DNA from: Patescibacteria group bacterium
Lineage (GTDB): Bacteria; Patescibacteriota; Patescibacteriia; CAIXNZ01
DNA: 64,000 nucleotides
Direction of reading: 5' to 3'
Assembly: GCA_041651155.1 (NCBI GenBank)
Contig: JBAZJU010000002.1
Span: 89,852 to 153,851 of the forward strand
This document shows, one piece after another, positions 30,040 through 40,126 of the stretch. Under the pieces are notes generated by a model. It was given only the letters and a program-made list of their open reading frames with translations. It was not told the DNA's origin and searched no databases. Made by a program: the position numbers and the translations under genes. How positions within the stretch are numbered: the stretch's first letter is position 1; the number at the start of each line of letters is the position of its first letter.

Positions 30040-30467
30040 AAGTAAAAGGGGGTAAGATGGGATTTCCTTTAGGTAATCATAACAAAAAGAACGATTTTAA
30101 TAAATGTTCGGAAATTAATTAGGTACTAAATAAACTGATAAATTGAACTCATATTTTTAGATACAGACTTAAATCCTTATATAAAATTAGCCTAAAATTA
30201 GTGAACAAAATTTTTATACAAAAGAGGGTTTTTCATTGAATGGGCTTGACATAAATGGTATAATTATAATATAAAAATGCGAATAATATTTTAATGCAAA
30301 TGCCACCTACCTTCGCTCCTTTGGAGCTACGGCAGGCAGGCGAATATTTAAAATCCGAATACAACTCTGCCCCAATTTATAACGTAAAGTCCTCAGTCTT
30401 TCGAAATTCGCAGATTCGCATTATTCGTAGATTAGCATTCAAAAAAAACAAAAATAAAAAAATACCT

Positions 30468-32648
30468 ATGAAAAATCAAACTGCCTATTTATTTGGCTGG
30501 AAATATAACCAACTGCAAAACAAAGCTGTGATAAAAAAAAGGTCGCAGATTGACTTTTTGATAAGCATTATCATAGCTTTTTTAATTATCATTGTTATTT
30601 CCCAGCTCTTGTCCCGCTTAGATCAAGCAATCAGAGTGCCATTAGGCAATACTGATTTTTCTTTAATTAATCCTTTGGCTATTAATCGAGTTTTAGCAGC
30701 TGAAAATGAAGCCATTAAAATGATTCAGTCGCAGAATGATTTTGAAATGACAAAAAGCGAAAAGATTGATTTTTCGGTCGGGTTTAAAAATAATGGTTCA
30801 AGCGTTTGGCAAAAAACAGGTTCAGGCAAAGTTGAATTGCGCAGAGTGGATTCCAGCGGGTTGACTTTTAAAGCTTCTTTAGCCAGTGCAGAAAATAAGC
30901 CGGGTCAGATCGGTTATTTTTACACTACATTACTTGCGCCCAGCAGTGTAGGCACATATAAATTTAATTATGTTTTAGTGCGTGATGGCAAAACAAAAAT
31001 TTCCGGCAGCGAACTTCAAATTGTTATCAAGGTAGTTGCTAGTAAATCAGTAGCAAGTTCAACAATTGCCAGTCAAGCCATTGCCACTGCGTCAAGCCAG
31101 TCCGTGGCAAGTTTGGCAGTCGTAAATTCCAGCGCTGAAGCCATTAAAATGATTCAGTCGCAGAATGATTTTGAAATGACAAAAAGCGAAAAGATGGATT
31201 TTTCAGTCGGGTTCAAAAATAATGGTTCAAGCGTTTGGCAAAAAACAGGTTCAGGCAAAGTTGAATTGCGCAGAGTGGATTCCAGCGGTTTGGCTTTTAA
31301 AGCCTCGTTAGCAGCTTTAGAAAATAAGCCTGGCCAAATAGGTTATTTTTACACCGCATTAACAGCGCCCAGCAGCTTGGGCACATATAAATTTAATTAT
31401 GTTTTAGCGCGTGATGGCAAAACAAAAATTTCCGGCAGTGAATTTCAAATTGTTATCAAGGTAGTTGCCGCAAAAACTAAGACAAATACTAGTCCATCAA
31501 CTAACAATGCTACTATTGCAGCGGGTAATCAAAACAAGCCGGTTGGCTTGGCTGAAATTTGTTTAAGCATTAAGCCTGCTGATTTTAAAGCTGCCATGGT
31601 TGACCAGCGTTTGATTGATGAATGCTTGAAAATTGGGATTAGCGTGACAAATGAAGGTACTTCATATATTAATCTGCAGCCAAGTCCAGTACCTGTGCCC
31701 GCGCCTACACCAACGCCAGCTCCTGTGCCAATTCCTACACCAACACCTAATCCAACTCCTGTGGTTGATTCAAGTTACGGGCCTTTAGTTAGAATTGGCT
31801 TATATTCTACTAGTAACCCAATTACAATAACTGCCAATTATTCATATAAAGTAAAAGACCAAACTCAAACTGTTTTGGCTACAGTTCCAGCCAACATTCA
31901 AAGCCAAATTACTTTTAATTTTTCATCTAGAACTTATAGCTTAGTAGCTAATGGTACAAATTTAGCCACAAGTTCATATTTACGCTTTGAATCTGATTCA
32001 GCAAATACAGTTTTTGAAATAGTCTCCTTAAATTGGCGACCAGCCTGGAACACTAGTTTAAATGATAATAAGTTTTTAGGTGCGATAGAAGTCAGATATA
32101 GTCCTAATACTAACAAGTTATGGGTGATTAATGAATTGGCTGTGGAAAATTATTTGAAAGGTTTAGCTGAAACAAGCAATGATTCGCCTTTAGAATATCA
32201 GAAAGCTTTAGTCACTGCGGCGCGCACCTATGCCATGTATCATTATAATCGCGGCACAAAACATGCGGCTGAATATTATACTTTAGATGCAACTTATGAC
32301 CAGGTGTATAAAGGTTATAATTCCCAGATACGTTTGCCAAAAGTTTCACAAGCGGTAGAAGAAACTAAAGGTCAGGTTGTAACATATAATGGCCAGGTAG
32401 TTGTCACTCCATATTTTTCATATAGTGATGGCCATACCAGAAATTGGGAAGATGTTTGGGGCGGCAGCTCAGTCGCTTGGTGCCGTTCAGTAGCTGAACC
32501 AGCTGGTTATGACAAAACTACAATGTATGGACATGGAGTTGGCCTTTCAGCTCATGGCGCCTTGCACTTAGCAGTTTATTATAATTACACCTTTGACCAG
32601 ATTTTGAAATATTATTACACTGGAATTGAGCTGAAAAAGATTTATTAA
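30468..32648 (+). CDS. SpoIID/LytB-domain peptidoglycan hydrolase with duplicated NBR1-like Ig domains
   Basis: INELAVENYLKG, KALVTAARTYA, GHGVGLS and ILKYYYTG motifs; PT-rich linker; start trimmed to ATG 30468. Confidence 0.88.
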   Translation: MKNQTAYLFGWKYNQLQNKAVIKKRSQIDFLISIIIAFLIIIVISQLLSRLDQAIRVPLGNTDFSLINPLAINRVLAAENEAIKMIQSQNDFEMTKSEKIDFSVGFKNNGSSVWQKTGSGKVELRRVDSSGLTFKASLASAENKPGQIGYFYTTLLAPSSVGTYKFNYVLVRDGKTKISGSELQIVIKVVASKSVASSTIASQAIATASSQSVASLAVVNSSAEAIKMIQSQNDFEMTKSEKMDFSVGFKNNGSSVWQKTGSGKVELRRVDSSGLAFKASLAALENKPGQIGYFYTALTAPSSLGTYKFNYVLARDGKTKISGSEFQIVIKVVAAKTKTNTSPSTNNATIAAGNQNKPVGLAEICLSIKPADFKAAMVDQRLIDECLKIGISVTNEGTSYINLQPSPVPVPAPTPTPAPVPIPTPTPNPTPVVDSSYGPLVRIGLYSTSNPITITANYSYKVKDQTQTVLATVPANIQSQITFNFSSRTYSLVANGTNLATSSYLRFESDSANTVFEIVSLNWRPAWNTSLNDNKFLGAIEVRYSPNTNKLWVINELAVENYLKGLAETSNDSPLEYQKALVTAARTYAMYHYNRGTKHAAEYYTLDATYDQVYKGYNSQIRLPKVSQAVEETKGQVVTYNGQVVVTPYFSYSDGHTRNWEDVWGGSSVAWCRSVAEPAGYDKTTMYGHGVGLSAHGALHLAVYYNYTFDQILKYYYTGIELKKIY
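30707..31468 (+). repeat. Intragenic direct repeat of about 330 bp (30707-31039 / 31136-31468)
   Basis: Near-identical EAIKMIQSQNDF...QIVIKVVA domain copies. Confidence 0.9.
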
Positions 32649-32665
32649 TATTAATATATAAAAGT

Positions 32666-33274
32666 ATGCCAAAATTTACACCAGAAATGCCTCAAGGCGA
32701 AAAAGAAAATAATTTAGAGGCTTATGGTGCATACAGACTCGATCTAAATGATAATTTAGAAGAAGTTCCTGTCCAAGTTCTTGAAAAGTATAAGAATTAC
32801 GCGGAAGAACAATTAAAATGGATTAAAGAGGAGTCTCTAAAAGTTTCCGAGGAATCTAAAGAAGGCTTGGAAGCTTTAAAATATATTTTTTTAATGCTGG
32901 AAAATTTTAGGAAATCAATGTATGAAAAAGGCACTGAAAAATTTCAAGAAGAGATGCTAGAAACATTAGCCAAAGAAGATCTGAATGAAGTATTTTTAGT
33001 TGCGGAGCTTTACAATTTAGTTGATGTTAATGCGTCCGAGTTTGTGCCAGAATCAAAAGATTATGATAAAGAGGTCGTTCTTGATAATGTTAATAGGGCA
33101 ATTGCCAATTTAAAACAGACAGTTTTAAATTTAGCTAAAGCTAAATTTCCCGGAGAATATCAGGAACAATTAAAAGCACATGGTGAGGATTGGAAAAGGC
33201 TTGATCAAGGCAGGTCATTTGAGGCCATGTCTAAAAGCATTGGGCAGGAGCTAATAGATGCTCTTAAAAAATAA
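32666..33274 (+). CDS. Hypothetical acidic helical protein
   Basis: 202-aa ORF followed by a terminator at about 33289-33320. Confidence 0.7.
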   Translation: MPKFTPEMPQGEKENNLEAYGAYRLDLNDNLEEVPVQVLEKYKNYAEEQLKWIKEESLKVSEESKEGLEALKYIFLMLENFRKSMYEKGTEKFQEEMLETLAKEDLNEVFLVAELYNLVDVNASEFVPESKDYDKEVVLDNVNRAIANLKQTVLNLAKAKFPGEYQEQLKAHGEDWKRLDQGRSFEAMSKSIGQELIDALKK

Positions 33275-33337
33275 GTGCATATAAATAAAAAAGAAGGCGA
33301 TTGAGTTCGTCTTCTTTTTGTTTTCTTAAATTAAAAT

Positions 33338-33907
33338 TTATTCCTGAGGCTTAATCTTTTCTGCCAGCTGATGCTCAAATTTTTTGTCCTGTTTTTCTAA
33401 AAAGGTATTTATAATTCTGACTATTTCAAAGGGCTTAGGCACTTGGCGGAAAATGAATTTTTGCACTTCGCCTGCTGTCTGAATATGCACGTCGCCAAAT
33501 TTGAAAAATGTTTGCAAAACGCCTTTTTGGGAGCCAGACACATCCTGAATGCGGTCCAGATCCTGTTCAGCTATTTCCCTGTTGAAAAGTCCCCGCTGTT
33601 CTATATTGATTATCCTCTGATCAGTGACAATCCAGACATCAAGGTAATAATCAATAAAAGAACTGAATAAAAACATGGCAGTATAAAGGTAATAGACGCT
33701 GGTTAGCAGAAATAAAAAGGGATAAATGTTTTTGTTATTTAAAATCCAGGGCTGAAAATTTTGCAGGAAAAAATAAATCGCTACCGGCACCAAAGCCAAA
33801 AACAAATACATCAGCCATTTGCCAAGCAGGACAATGATGTGCCTGCGTAAAAACAAGATCAGCTTTTCATCTTTTTGGCGGTTAGGGATTTGATTTTCTA
33901 TAAACAT
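33338..33907 (-). CDS. Membrane protein with bacterial PH (bPH_2) domain
   Basis: Two TMs, then WIVTDQRII.IEQRGLF..IQDV...FGDVHIQTAG. Confidence 0.85.
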   Translation of the reverse strand: MFIENQIPNRQKDEKLILFLRRHIIVLLGKWLMYLFLALVPVAIYFFLQNFQPWILNNKNIYPFLFLLTSVYYLYTAMFLFSSFIDYYLDVWIVTDQRIINIEQRGLFNREIAEQDLDRIQDVSGSQKGVLQTFFKFGDVHIQTAGEVQKFIFRQVPKPFEIVRIINTFLEKQDKKFEHQLAEKIKPQE

Positions 33908-34124
33908 ATTTTACTGTTAAATGGGGAATTGACTTATGGATAATTATTGCGATTTGTACTATTGGCTGTCATTATCTCCAGCGAATTTACAAATCTTGAT
34001 ACAAATTTACAAAAAGTTTTGGTAGGAACGGTGCTTAAGTCAAAAATTCAAAATAACTCACTAAAGTGCCTTTAACAAATGAATTTCGTAACATTTGTAA
34101 CTAAATTTGTAGTTTCGTTGGGTT

Positions 34125-34349
34125 TTAAATTATGAATGTTTGAGACCAGTCAATTAGCAGGCCGTATTTATAAGTAATGAATAAAATTAAAGTTACTGCA
34201 GCTAGAAATAAAAAAGTCATTAAAAAACTTAAATAGCTGAGAAACCCAAAAACAAATAAATGGTAGAGATTAATCAGGGCAAAAATAATAAAAATTCCTA
34301 TAAGGATGCCATAGAGGATAAGATAGACTGATATGGAAATCTCTATCAT
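34125..34349 (-). CDS. Small two-TM membrane protein
   Basis: 74-aa hydrophobic ORF co-oriented with ruvB. Confidence 0.65.
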   Translation of the reverse strand: MIEISISVYLILYGILIGIFIIFALINLYHLFVFGFLSYLSFLMTFLFLAAVTLILFITYKYGLLIDWSQTFII

Positions 34350-34509
34350 AGATTTTTGGTCAGTGCGTTACAAGATGGTTTTTAGGATACGAATCTACGA
34401 ATTAGCTACTAATAATACTAATAGGTAATTTGGCGAAATTATTAGTAGATTAGTAGTAAATATGTAGATTAGTAGCCAATCTTATTTTAGCAGTTTACAA
34501 ATTTAAATT

Positions 34510-35547
34510 CTATATTAGGGGATTTTGGGAATTTTCAAGCCTTGGTTTTAAGCCCAGATGTTCATAGGCTAATTTAGTCGCGGTTCGTCCTTTAGGTGTG
34601 CGATTTAAAAAACCCAGTTGCATTAAAAATGGCTCATAAATGTCTTCAAGCGTCTCCATTTCCTCGCTTGAGGCCGCGGCCAGTGTATTTAAGCCAACAG
34701 GACCGCCTGAGAATTTTTCAATAATAATTTCTAAAATTTTGCGATCTATTCCATCCAGGCCGAGTTCATCTATTTCCAATAAAGCTAAGGCTTCTTTGGC
34801 CATTGGTTCTGAAATTTTGCCATCTGCTTTAACCTGGGCATAGTCACGAACGCGTTTGAGTAAACGGTTGGCCACGCGCGGTGTTTTTCTGGCGCGCTGG
34901 GCAATGAGCTGGCAGGCAATTGGTTCAATTTCTGTATCTAAAATTTTGGCATTGCGTTCAATAATTTTTTTAATATCTTCATCCTGATAAAAATCCAATC
35001 TGAAAGTGGCGCCAAAGCGGTCGCGCAAGGGAGAAGAAATTAAACTTACGCGCGTGGTGGCGCCGATTAAGGTAAATTTGGGCAGATCTAATCTTAAAGT
35101 TCTGGCACTTGGTCCTTTGCCAATTACAATATCCAGGGCATAATCTTCCATAGCTGGATAAAGCACTTCTTCAATCACTTTATTTAAACGGTGGATTTCA
35201 TCAATAAATAAAATATCACCATTGGCCAAGTTAGTTAATATCGCTGCCAGATCACCAGTCCGTTCAATAGCTGGACCAGAGGTGACTTTAATATTTGCGC
35301 CCATTTCATTGGCAATCACATGGGCCAAAGTTGTTTTGCCCAAGCCAGGACAGCCATGCAGTAAAACATGCTCAATTGGCTCGCCTCGCTTTTTAGCGGC
35401 AGCCATAAAAATTTCCAAATTATCTTTGACTTTATTTTGGCCAATATATTCATTTAATTTTTTCGGCCGCAAAGATTTCTCAAACGCTACTTCTTCAGCT
35501 GACTCTTTGGTGGAAACTATGCGGTTTTGGTCTTGTTTTTTAGGCAT
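34510..35547 (-). CDS. ruvB: Holliday junction branch migration helicase RuvB
   Basis: [27 protein letters not shown] and GATTR motifs. Confidence 0.97.
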   Translation of the reverse strand: MPKKQDQNRIVSTKESAEEVAFEKSLRPKKLNEYIGQNKVKDNLEIFMAAAKKRGEPIEHVLLHGCPGLGKTTLAHVIANEMGANIKVTSGPAIERTGDLAAILTNLANGDILFIDEIHRLNKVIEEVLYPAMEDYALDIVIGKGPSARTLRLDLPKFTLIGATTRVSLISSPLRDRFGATFRLDFYQDEDIKKIIERNAKILDTEIEPIACQLIAQRARKTPRVANRLLKRVRDYAQVKADGKISEPMAKEALALLEIDELGLDGIDRKILEIIIEKFSGGPVGLNTLAAASSEEMETLEDIYEPFLMQLGFLNRTPKGRTATKLAYEHLGLKPRLENSQNPLI

Positions 35548-35631
35548 AATTTAATTTTATCTTATCTGTTTTTGAGTAAAAAAACAAGGCAATTTAAAAA
35601 GGAATTACTCTAAGTAATCCCTTTTGTTTTT

Positions 35632-36165
35632 TTATTCTGCACAAAGCGCCTTTACTGCTTCTATAAAATCGCGTTGATAATCATTCTCGTTTTCCAGTAT
35701 CCTTTCTTCATTTCCCCCAATGAATAAATATTTTCTTATCACTTTTTTTGCTTCTTTAGTGAAAAGTATTATTTTTTTAGGGTCCCTCCTTATTATTTTA
35801 AAAATATTGCGCGCTGTTTTTTCTCCGCCTATTTTTAAGGCTTTTTCAATAATTTTGTCGTCTGGCGGAGGAAAAGAATATTTCAGGTGCAGGCACGCAA
35901 AAAATGCCCTTTGATTTTCTTCCTTGCAATCTGCCCGAGCCTCCCAGGTAAAATTGTTTTCTCCATTGCATGCCCTGTCTGTATAGTCAAAAAGACTCGG
36001 CTTATTGCTAAAAAATTTGTCCATCAATATACTCCGCGCTTTTAAACTAAGGACGTTGAAATTACTGCCCCAAAGTAAAATTATATCGCGAAGAATATTC
36101 CCATCGCTTTCTTCAATAATAGTTTCAATAACCTTTTTTCCTGTTAGCTTATTTAGGTGCTTCAT
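35632..36165 (-). CDS. Hypothetical protein (orphan operon gene 4)
   Basis: AAGGAGG SD before ATG 36165. Confidence 0.65.
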   Translation of the reverse strand: MKHLNKLTGKKVIETIIEESDGNILRDIILLWGSNFNVLSLKARSILMDKFFSNKPSLFDYTDRACNGENNFTWEARADCKEENQRAFFACLHLKYSFPPPDDKIIEKALKIGGEKTARNIFKIIRRDPKKIILFTKEAKKVIRKYLFIGGNEERILENENDYQRDFIEAVKALCAE

Positions 36166-36523
36166 TTTTTCCTCCTTCGGCCGCTTCGCAGCTGGCTTTG
36201 CCACTGTCTTTAGTCGATATGACTGGCCAGATAGTTAAACAATCAGCTTTGCCTTTATCATCCATTTTCCGAAACCAAAAACGAAAGTCTCTAACCTTGG
36301 TTTTACCAGTTATCATGGGCAGTATAATTTGGGCAGTATCATACCAGTTTAGGTAAACATTTCTTAGTTGTAATGCACTTTTAATATCTTCGTAGCAAAC
36401 AGAAGTATCTGCTGGTAAATTAACCAAATATTCCTTGAGAGCAATTTTTGCTAGTTTAATAATTGTGGGGTGAATTTTTTCTTCGCGCACATTTTTGTCA
36501 GGTTTTTGTTCTTGATTTGTCAT
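36149..36523 (-). CDS. Hypothetical protein (orphan operon gene 3)
   Basis: AAGGAG SD before ATG 36523, within the repeated leader. Confidence 0.65.
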   Translation of the reverse strand: MTNQEQKPDKNVREEKIHPTIIKLAKIALKEYLVNLPADTSVCYEDIKSALQLRNVYLNWYDTAQIILPMITGKTKVRDFRFWFRKMDDKGKADCLTIWPVISTKDSGKASCEAAEGGKNEAPK

Positions 36524-36635
36524 TTTTTTCTCCTTCGGCGCCTTGCGCATTTTTAAGTTGTCAAAGTTACAAACCAATTTTCAGCCCGCGACAACTTGTC
36601 TCGGCCTGGAAAAAGGGGGCGACTCGGAGTCGCCC
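36521..36635 (-). repeat. Conserved structured intergenic leader, copy 1
   Basis: Near-identical to 37034-37155 with compensatory stem changes. Confidence 0.85.
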
Positions 36636-36664
36636 GGAATGATGTGTGATTGTCCGATAATATT

Positions 36665-37036
36665 TTACTCGTAGTCTATTCTTGGACAGTGATTACGCAG
36701 CCGTTTTTGGATTGGTTTCCAAATAAAATCAATGATCAAATTATAGACTATCCAAGCTAGGACAGCTAAAACGCAGAATGTTGGCAATGTTATAAGAGTA
36801 AGCTTGGCTTCTTGGGGGTGAGTCAAAATAGCCGTTATCACGATAGCCAAAGACCCAACAGTTAAAAACATAGTCACGAAGATTGAACAAAATATAGCCA
36901 AGATGCTATAAAGATACGAGCATAGCGTTTGAGGCATCTTGCCGTCAAGCTCTTCGCAGGTGGGCGGGAAACGAAAATCCCTCCCCTCGCTCCAATAGAT
37001 TAAACGATAATGCCAGGACTTTTTATTGATCTTCAT
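36665..37036 (-). CDS. Hypothetical two-TM protein (orphan operon gene 2)
   Basis: AAGGAG SD before ATG 37036; MKINKKSWHYRL...TLCSY. Confidence 0.65.
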   Translation of the reverse strand: MKINKKSWHYRLIYWSEGRDFRFPPTCEELDGKMPQTLCSYLYSILAIFCSIFVTMFLTVGSLAIVITAILTHPQEAKLTLITLPTFCVLAVLAWIVYNLIIDFIWKPIQKRLRNHCPRIDYE

Positions 37037-37155
37037 TTTTTTCTCCTTCGGCGCTTTGCGCCTTTTTAAGTTGTCAAAGTTACAAACCAATTTTCAGCCC
37101 GCGATACTTTATCGTGGCCTGGAAAAAGGGGGCGGGTTGCATAACGGCTTCGCCC
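37034..37155 (-). repeat. Conserved structured intergenic leader, copy 2
   Basis: Near-identical to 36521-36635. Confidence 0.85.
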
Positions 37156-37185
37156 ATGAGTTGTCTATTTTTTTGAAAATACTTG

Positions 37186-37368
37186 TTATCCTTCGCCTGC
37201 TTTTTTTACTGCGTAAAATAGGACAGCCCACCATGCTCCAAAGAATATTGTCATTAGAAATAGGGTTTTTATAGCAGGTAGGGCTTCGGCCCCAAATGAT
37301 TCCCATTGTAGTAGACTGATTGCGCCTACAAAAAGTAAAGCTTGCGAAAATATTTTAATTCCCCACAT
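37186..37368 (-). CDS. Small two-TM hypothetical protein (orphan operon gene 1)
   Basis: AAGGAGG SD; promoter TTGACT-17-TATAAT at 37458-37430. Confidence 0.6.
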   Translation of the reverse strand: MWGIKIFSQALLFVGAISLLQWESFGAEALPAIKTLFLMTIFFGAWWAVLFYAVKKAGEG

Positions 37369-37583
37369 TACTGCTCCTCCTTTGGTTGATTTGTGAAGAT
37401 CTCACCTTGCCCATTTTGCAAGATATTAAATTATATCTGGGAATTTAATTTTAGTCAATGATTACCGCCTATTATAGATAAATTAAAACATTAAATATGG
37501 CTAAAATGGCTAATTATATTGACAAATTTGCCAAATATGCTATACTTCAATTAGTAGTCGGAATTTTACGAATATTATCAACA

Positions 37584-37616
37584 GAGGTTCGGCCTCCAAA
37601 TTGGAGGCCGAACCTC
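37584..37616. repeat. GC-rich palindrome (REP-like) in the TrmB 5' UTR
   Basis: GAGGTTCGGCCTCC-AAATT-GGAGGCCGAACCTC. Confidence 0.75.
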
Positions 37617-37626
37617 GGAAATCCAC

Positions 37627-38370
37627 ATGAATACCAAAGAAGCTTTAGAACAAATTGATATTATTGGCAAAAAAGCAGATATCTATCTGGCTTGTTTGGA
37701 AATGGGCGGGGCAACTGCTTATTCCATTGCCAAAAAAGTGGGACTAAAAAGGCCCACTGTTTATGATATTTTAAGCCAGCTCTTAAATGAGGGGCTGGTT
37801 TATAAATCTTTAAAAGCCAAGAAAAAATATTATTTTCCTGCTGATCCAGGAAGATTATTAAAGAAAGCCAAAGAAAAAGAAGAGAATATCAAGGCGATTT
37901 TGCCTGAACTGGAAAATTTATATAATGCGCCGAAAATTAAGCCAACCATTAAATATTTTGAAGGCAAAGAAGGTATTAAAGAAATGTACAATGACAGTTT
38001 AAAAAGTTTGAAAAAAGGGGATGAGATTTTGGGTTATGTGGGTGAAGGAATATTGCAGTATTTGCCTAAATATTCAGATGAGTATATCGCCGAAAGAGTA
38101 GCTAAGGGAATCAGATTCAGGGGGATATATAAAAAAGAAAAGGGCATTATGGAATATATGGCGAAAAATCAGGAGCAATTACGCACTGTCAGACTTTTAG
38201 ATCATAAGGATTTTCCGGTCAATAATGAAACCAATATTTACGCCAATAAAATTGCGATTGCCAGTTATGGCAAGGAAATGTTTGCCATGATCATTGAATC
38301 AGAAGAAATTGCCAGGGCGCAAAGGGCAATTTTTGAGCTGGCTTGGAGAGGCGCAGAGGGCTTGGAATAA
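37627..38370 (+). CDS. TrmB family transcriptional regulator
   Basis: HTH IAKKVGLKRPTVYDIL..L..EGLV; IKYFEGKEGI; IFELAW. Confidence 0.9.
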   Translation: MNTKEALEQIDIIGKKADIYLACLEMGGATAYSIAKKVGLKRPTVYDILSQLLNEGLVYKSLKAKKKYYFPADPGRLLKKAKEKEENIKAILPELENLYNAPKIKPTIKYFEGKEGIKEMYNDSLKSLKKGDEILGYVGEGILQYLPKYSDEYIAERVAKGIRFRGIYKKEKGIMEYMAKNQEQLRTVRLLDHKDFPVNNETNIYANKIAIASYGKEMFAMIIESEEIARAQRAIFELAWRGAEGLE

Positions 38371-38465
38371 ACCCTTGATTTTTTTAAATAAATAGTATAA
38401 AATAATTTTATCTATAAATATCCCAATTTTTGTTATTTGGGTTTTGTCATTTGGAATTTAATCAA

Positions 38466-38538
38466 GCGGGTGTAGTTCAGTGGCTAGAACGTTTCCTTGC
38501 CAAGGAAAAGGTCGCCGGTTCAAATCCGGTCACCCGCT
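38466..38538 (+). tRNA. tRNA-Gly(GCC)
   Basis: GCGGGTG/CACCCGC acceptor stem; TTTCC-TTGCCAA-GGAAA anticodon arm; GGTTCAAATCC T arm. Confidence 0.95.
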
Positions 38539-38591
38539 CAAGAAGTTTCAAAAATAAACAAAAAGTTATCAGAAAAGACAGGAGATAATAT

Positions 38592-39089
38592 ATGATTGAT
38601 CGAAACAGCGTTTACGAGGAACTAATCAATTTGCTTGATAGAAATCAAGTTGAATATAAATTGTTTTCCCATAGAGAAGCTTTAACCTACGAAGAATTAG
38701 CTGAAGTACAAAAAGAGACAGGATTTTTTGGAACAGAGATGAAATGCTTGGTACTAAAGGCAGGCGAAAAACTAATTATTTATGTCACGCTGCAAGGAGA
38801 AAGAGTTAATTTTGATGCAATTAAAGAAAAACTTGGGGTGAATAAAGTTAGATTGTCTACTCCAGAAGAATTAAGCGAGTATTTCGGTGCTAAACCAGGG
38901 TGTGCTTATCCTTTTGGATTTGATGCCCAATACGATATTTATGTAGACCCTAAGATTTACGATCAGGAATGGATGCTGTTTAGTCCAGTCGTTCCAACAA
39001 AAACAGTGCAAGCAAAAGGATCAGATTTAAAGAAAGTATTTAACTCTCTTGGTAATAATGTGCAAGAGATCACAGGCTTTAATCAATAG
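38592..39089 (+). CDS. YbaK/EbsC (aminoacyl-tRNA deacylase) family protein
   Basis: MKCLVLK, VRLSTPEEL and GAKPGCAYPFG motifs. Confidence 0.85.
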   Translation: MIDRNSVYEELINLLDRNQVEYKLFSHREALTYEELAEVQKETGFFGTEMKCLVLKAGEKLIIYVTLQGERVNFDAIKEKLGVNKVRLSTPEELSEYFGAKPGCAYPFGFDAQYDIYVDPKIYDQEWMLFSPVVPTKTVQAKGSDLKKVFNSLGNNVQEITGFNQ

Positions 39090-39132
39090 ATTGAAAAAGC
39101 TTTTTAAGGCGAATAGCCGTTGCTACTAACTG

Positions 39133-39218
39133 GCCGAGGTGGTGAAACTGGTATACACGAAGGACTTAAAATCCTTTGGAGTTAAACCTCCGTGCGGGTT
39201 CGAGTCCCGCCCTCGGCA
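39133..39218 (+). tRNA. tRNA-Leu(TAA)
   Basis: GCCGAGG/CCTCGGC acceptor stem; AAGGA-CTTAAAA-TCCTT anticodon arm; long variable arm. Confidence 0.95.
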
Positions 39219-39326
39219 CTATTCTTCTAAATTGAAGAAGTGTTCTTTTACTACTTTTATAAACAGATTGACTCTCTTTTTGAGGGTCTTTTTGTTTTTT
39301 TAGCAAAATTAGCTATAATAAACTAT

Positions 39327-40073
39327 ATGACAGCCTTATTCTATGCCATAATTTCCGGACTGATAGTCAGCCTAATCGGCTTGGCGGTTTTTTTTCTTTT
39401 GCTGTGGCAGGAAAATTTTTCCAGAAAAATTATTTTTTATTTAGTCAGCTTTTCAGCCGGCGCTATGATCGGCGGCGCTTTTTTTCATTTGTTGCCAGAG
39501 GCTTTAGCTGAACAGGAAAATTCATTACAAGTTTTTGCTTATCTGCTGGTAGGGTTTTGCTTCTTTTTCATTTTAGAAAAATTTTTGCGCTGGCATCATT
39601 GCCATGATAAAGATTGTCATGATAATAGCCATTTGGGCTATATGAATTTAATCGGTGATGGCATCCACAATTTTATTGATGGCCTGATTATTGTTTCAGC
39701 TTTTATGGTCAATACTGCCTTGGGAATTGTAACTACTATTTCTATCATTTCCCATGAAATCCCGCAAGAAATGGGCGACTTTGGCGTCTTGCTTTATTCT
39801 GGCATGAAAAAATCAAAAATGCTTGGCTATAATTTTTTAGTGGCATTAATTGCAATTTTAGGCGTAATAATAGGCTATTTGTTAATTAATTCTGTTGCAG
39901 GTTTAAACAATCTTTTATTGCCTGCTGCAGCCGGCGGATTCATTTACATTGCAGCCACTGATTTAATACCTGAATTACAGAAAGAAATTAAAGCAAAGAG
40001 TTCATTTTACCATTTTTTTGTTTTTTTACTGGCTTTGATCTTTATGCTCCTAATAAAAATTATCGGCGGTTAA
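39327..40073 (+). CDS. ZIP family metal transporter
   Basis: HLLPEA, HHCH loop, DGIHNFIDG and HEIPQEMGDF motifs; start trimmed. Confidence 0.93.
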   Translation: MTALFYAIISGLIVSLIGLAVFFLLLWQENFSRKIIFYLVSFSAGAMIGGAFFHLLPEALAEQENSLQVFAYLLVGFCFFFILEKFLRWHHCHDKDCHDNSHLGYMNLIGDGIHNFIDGLIIVSAFMVNTALGIVTTISIISHEIPQEMGDFGVLLYSGMKKSKMLGYNFLVALIAILGVIIGYLLINSVAGLNNLLLPAAAGGFIYIAATDLIPELQKEIKAKSSFYHFFVFLLALIFMLLIKIIGG

Positions 40074-40126
40074 TTTGACTTTTTGTGGACTTATTTATAA
40101 CATCAAGACATAAAAAATTTTTAACT

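Noticed and set aside
30707-31468. DGR TR/VR in the SpoIID gene
   Set aside because: In-frame domain duplication with mixed substitutions (T/G, G/A, T/C).
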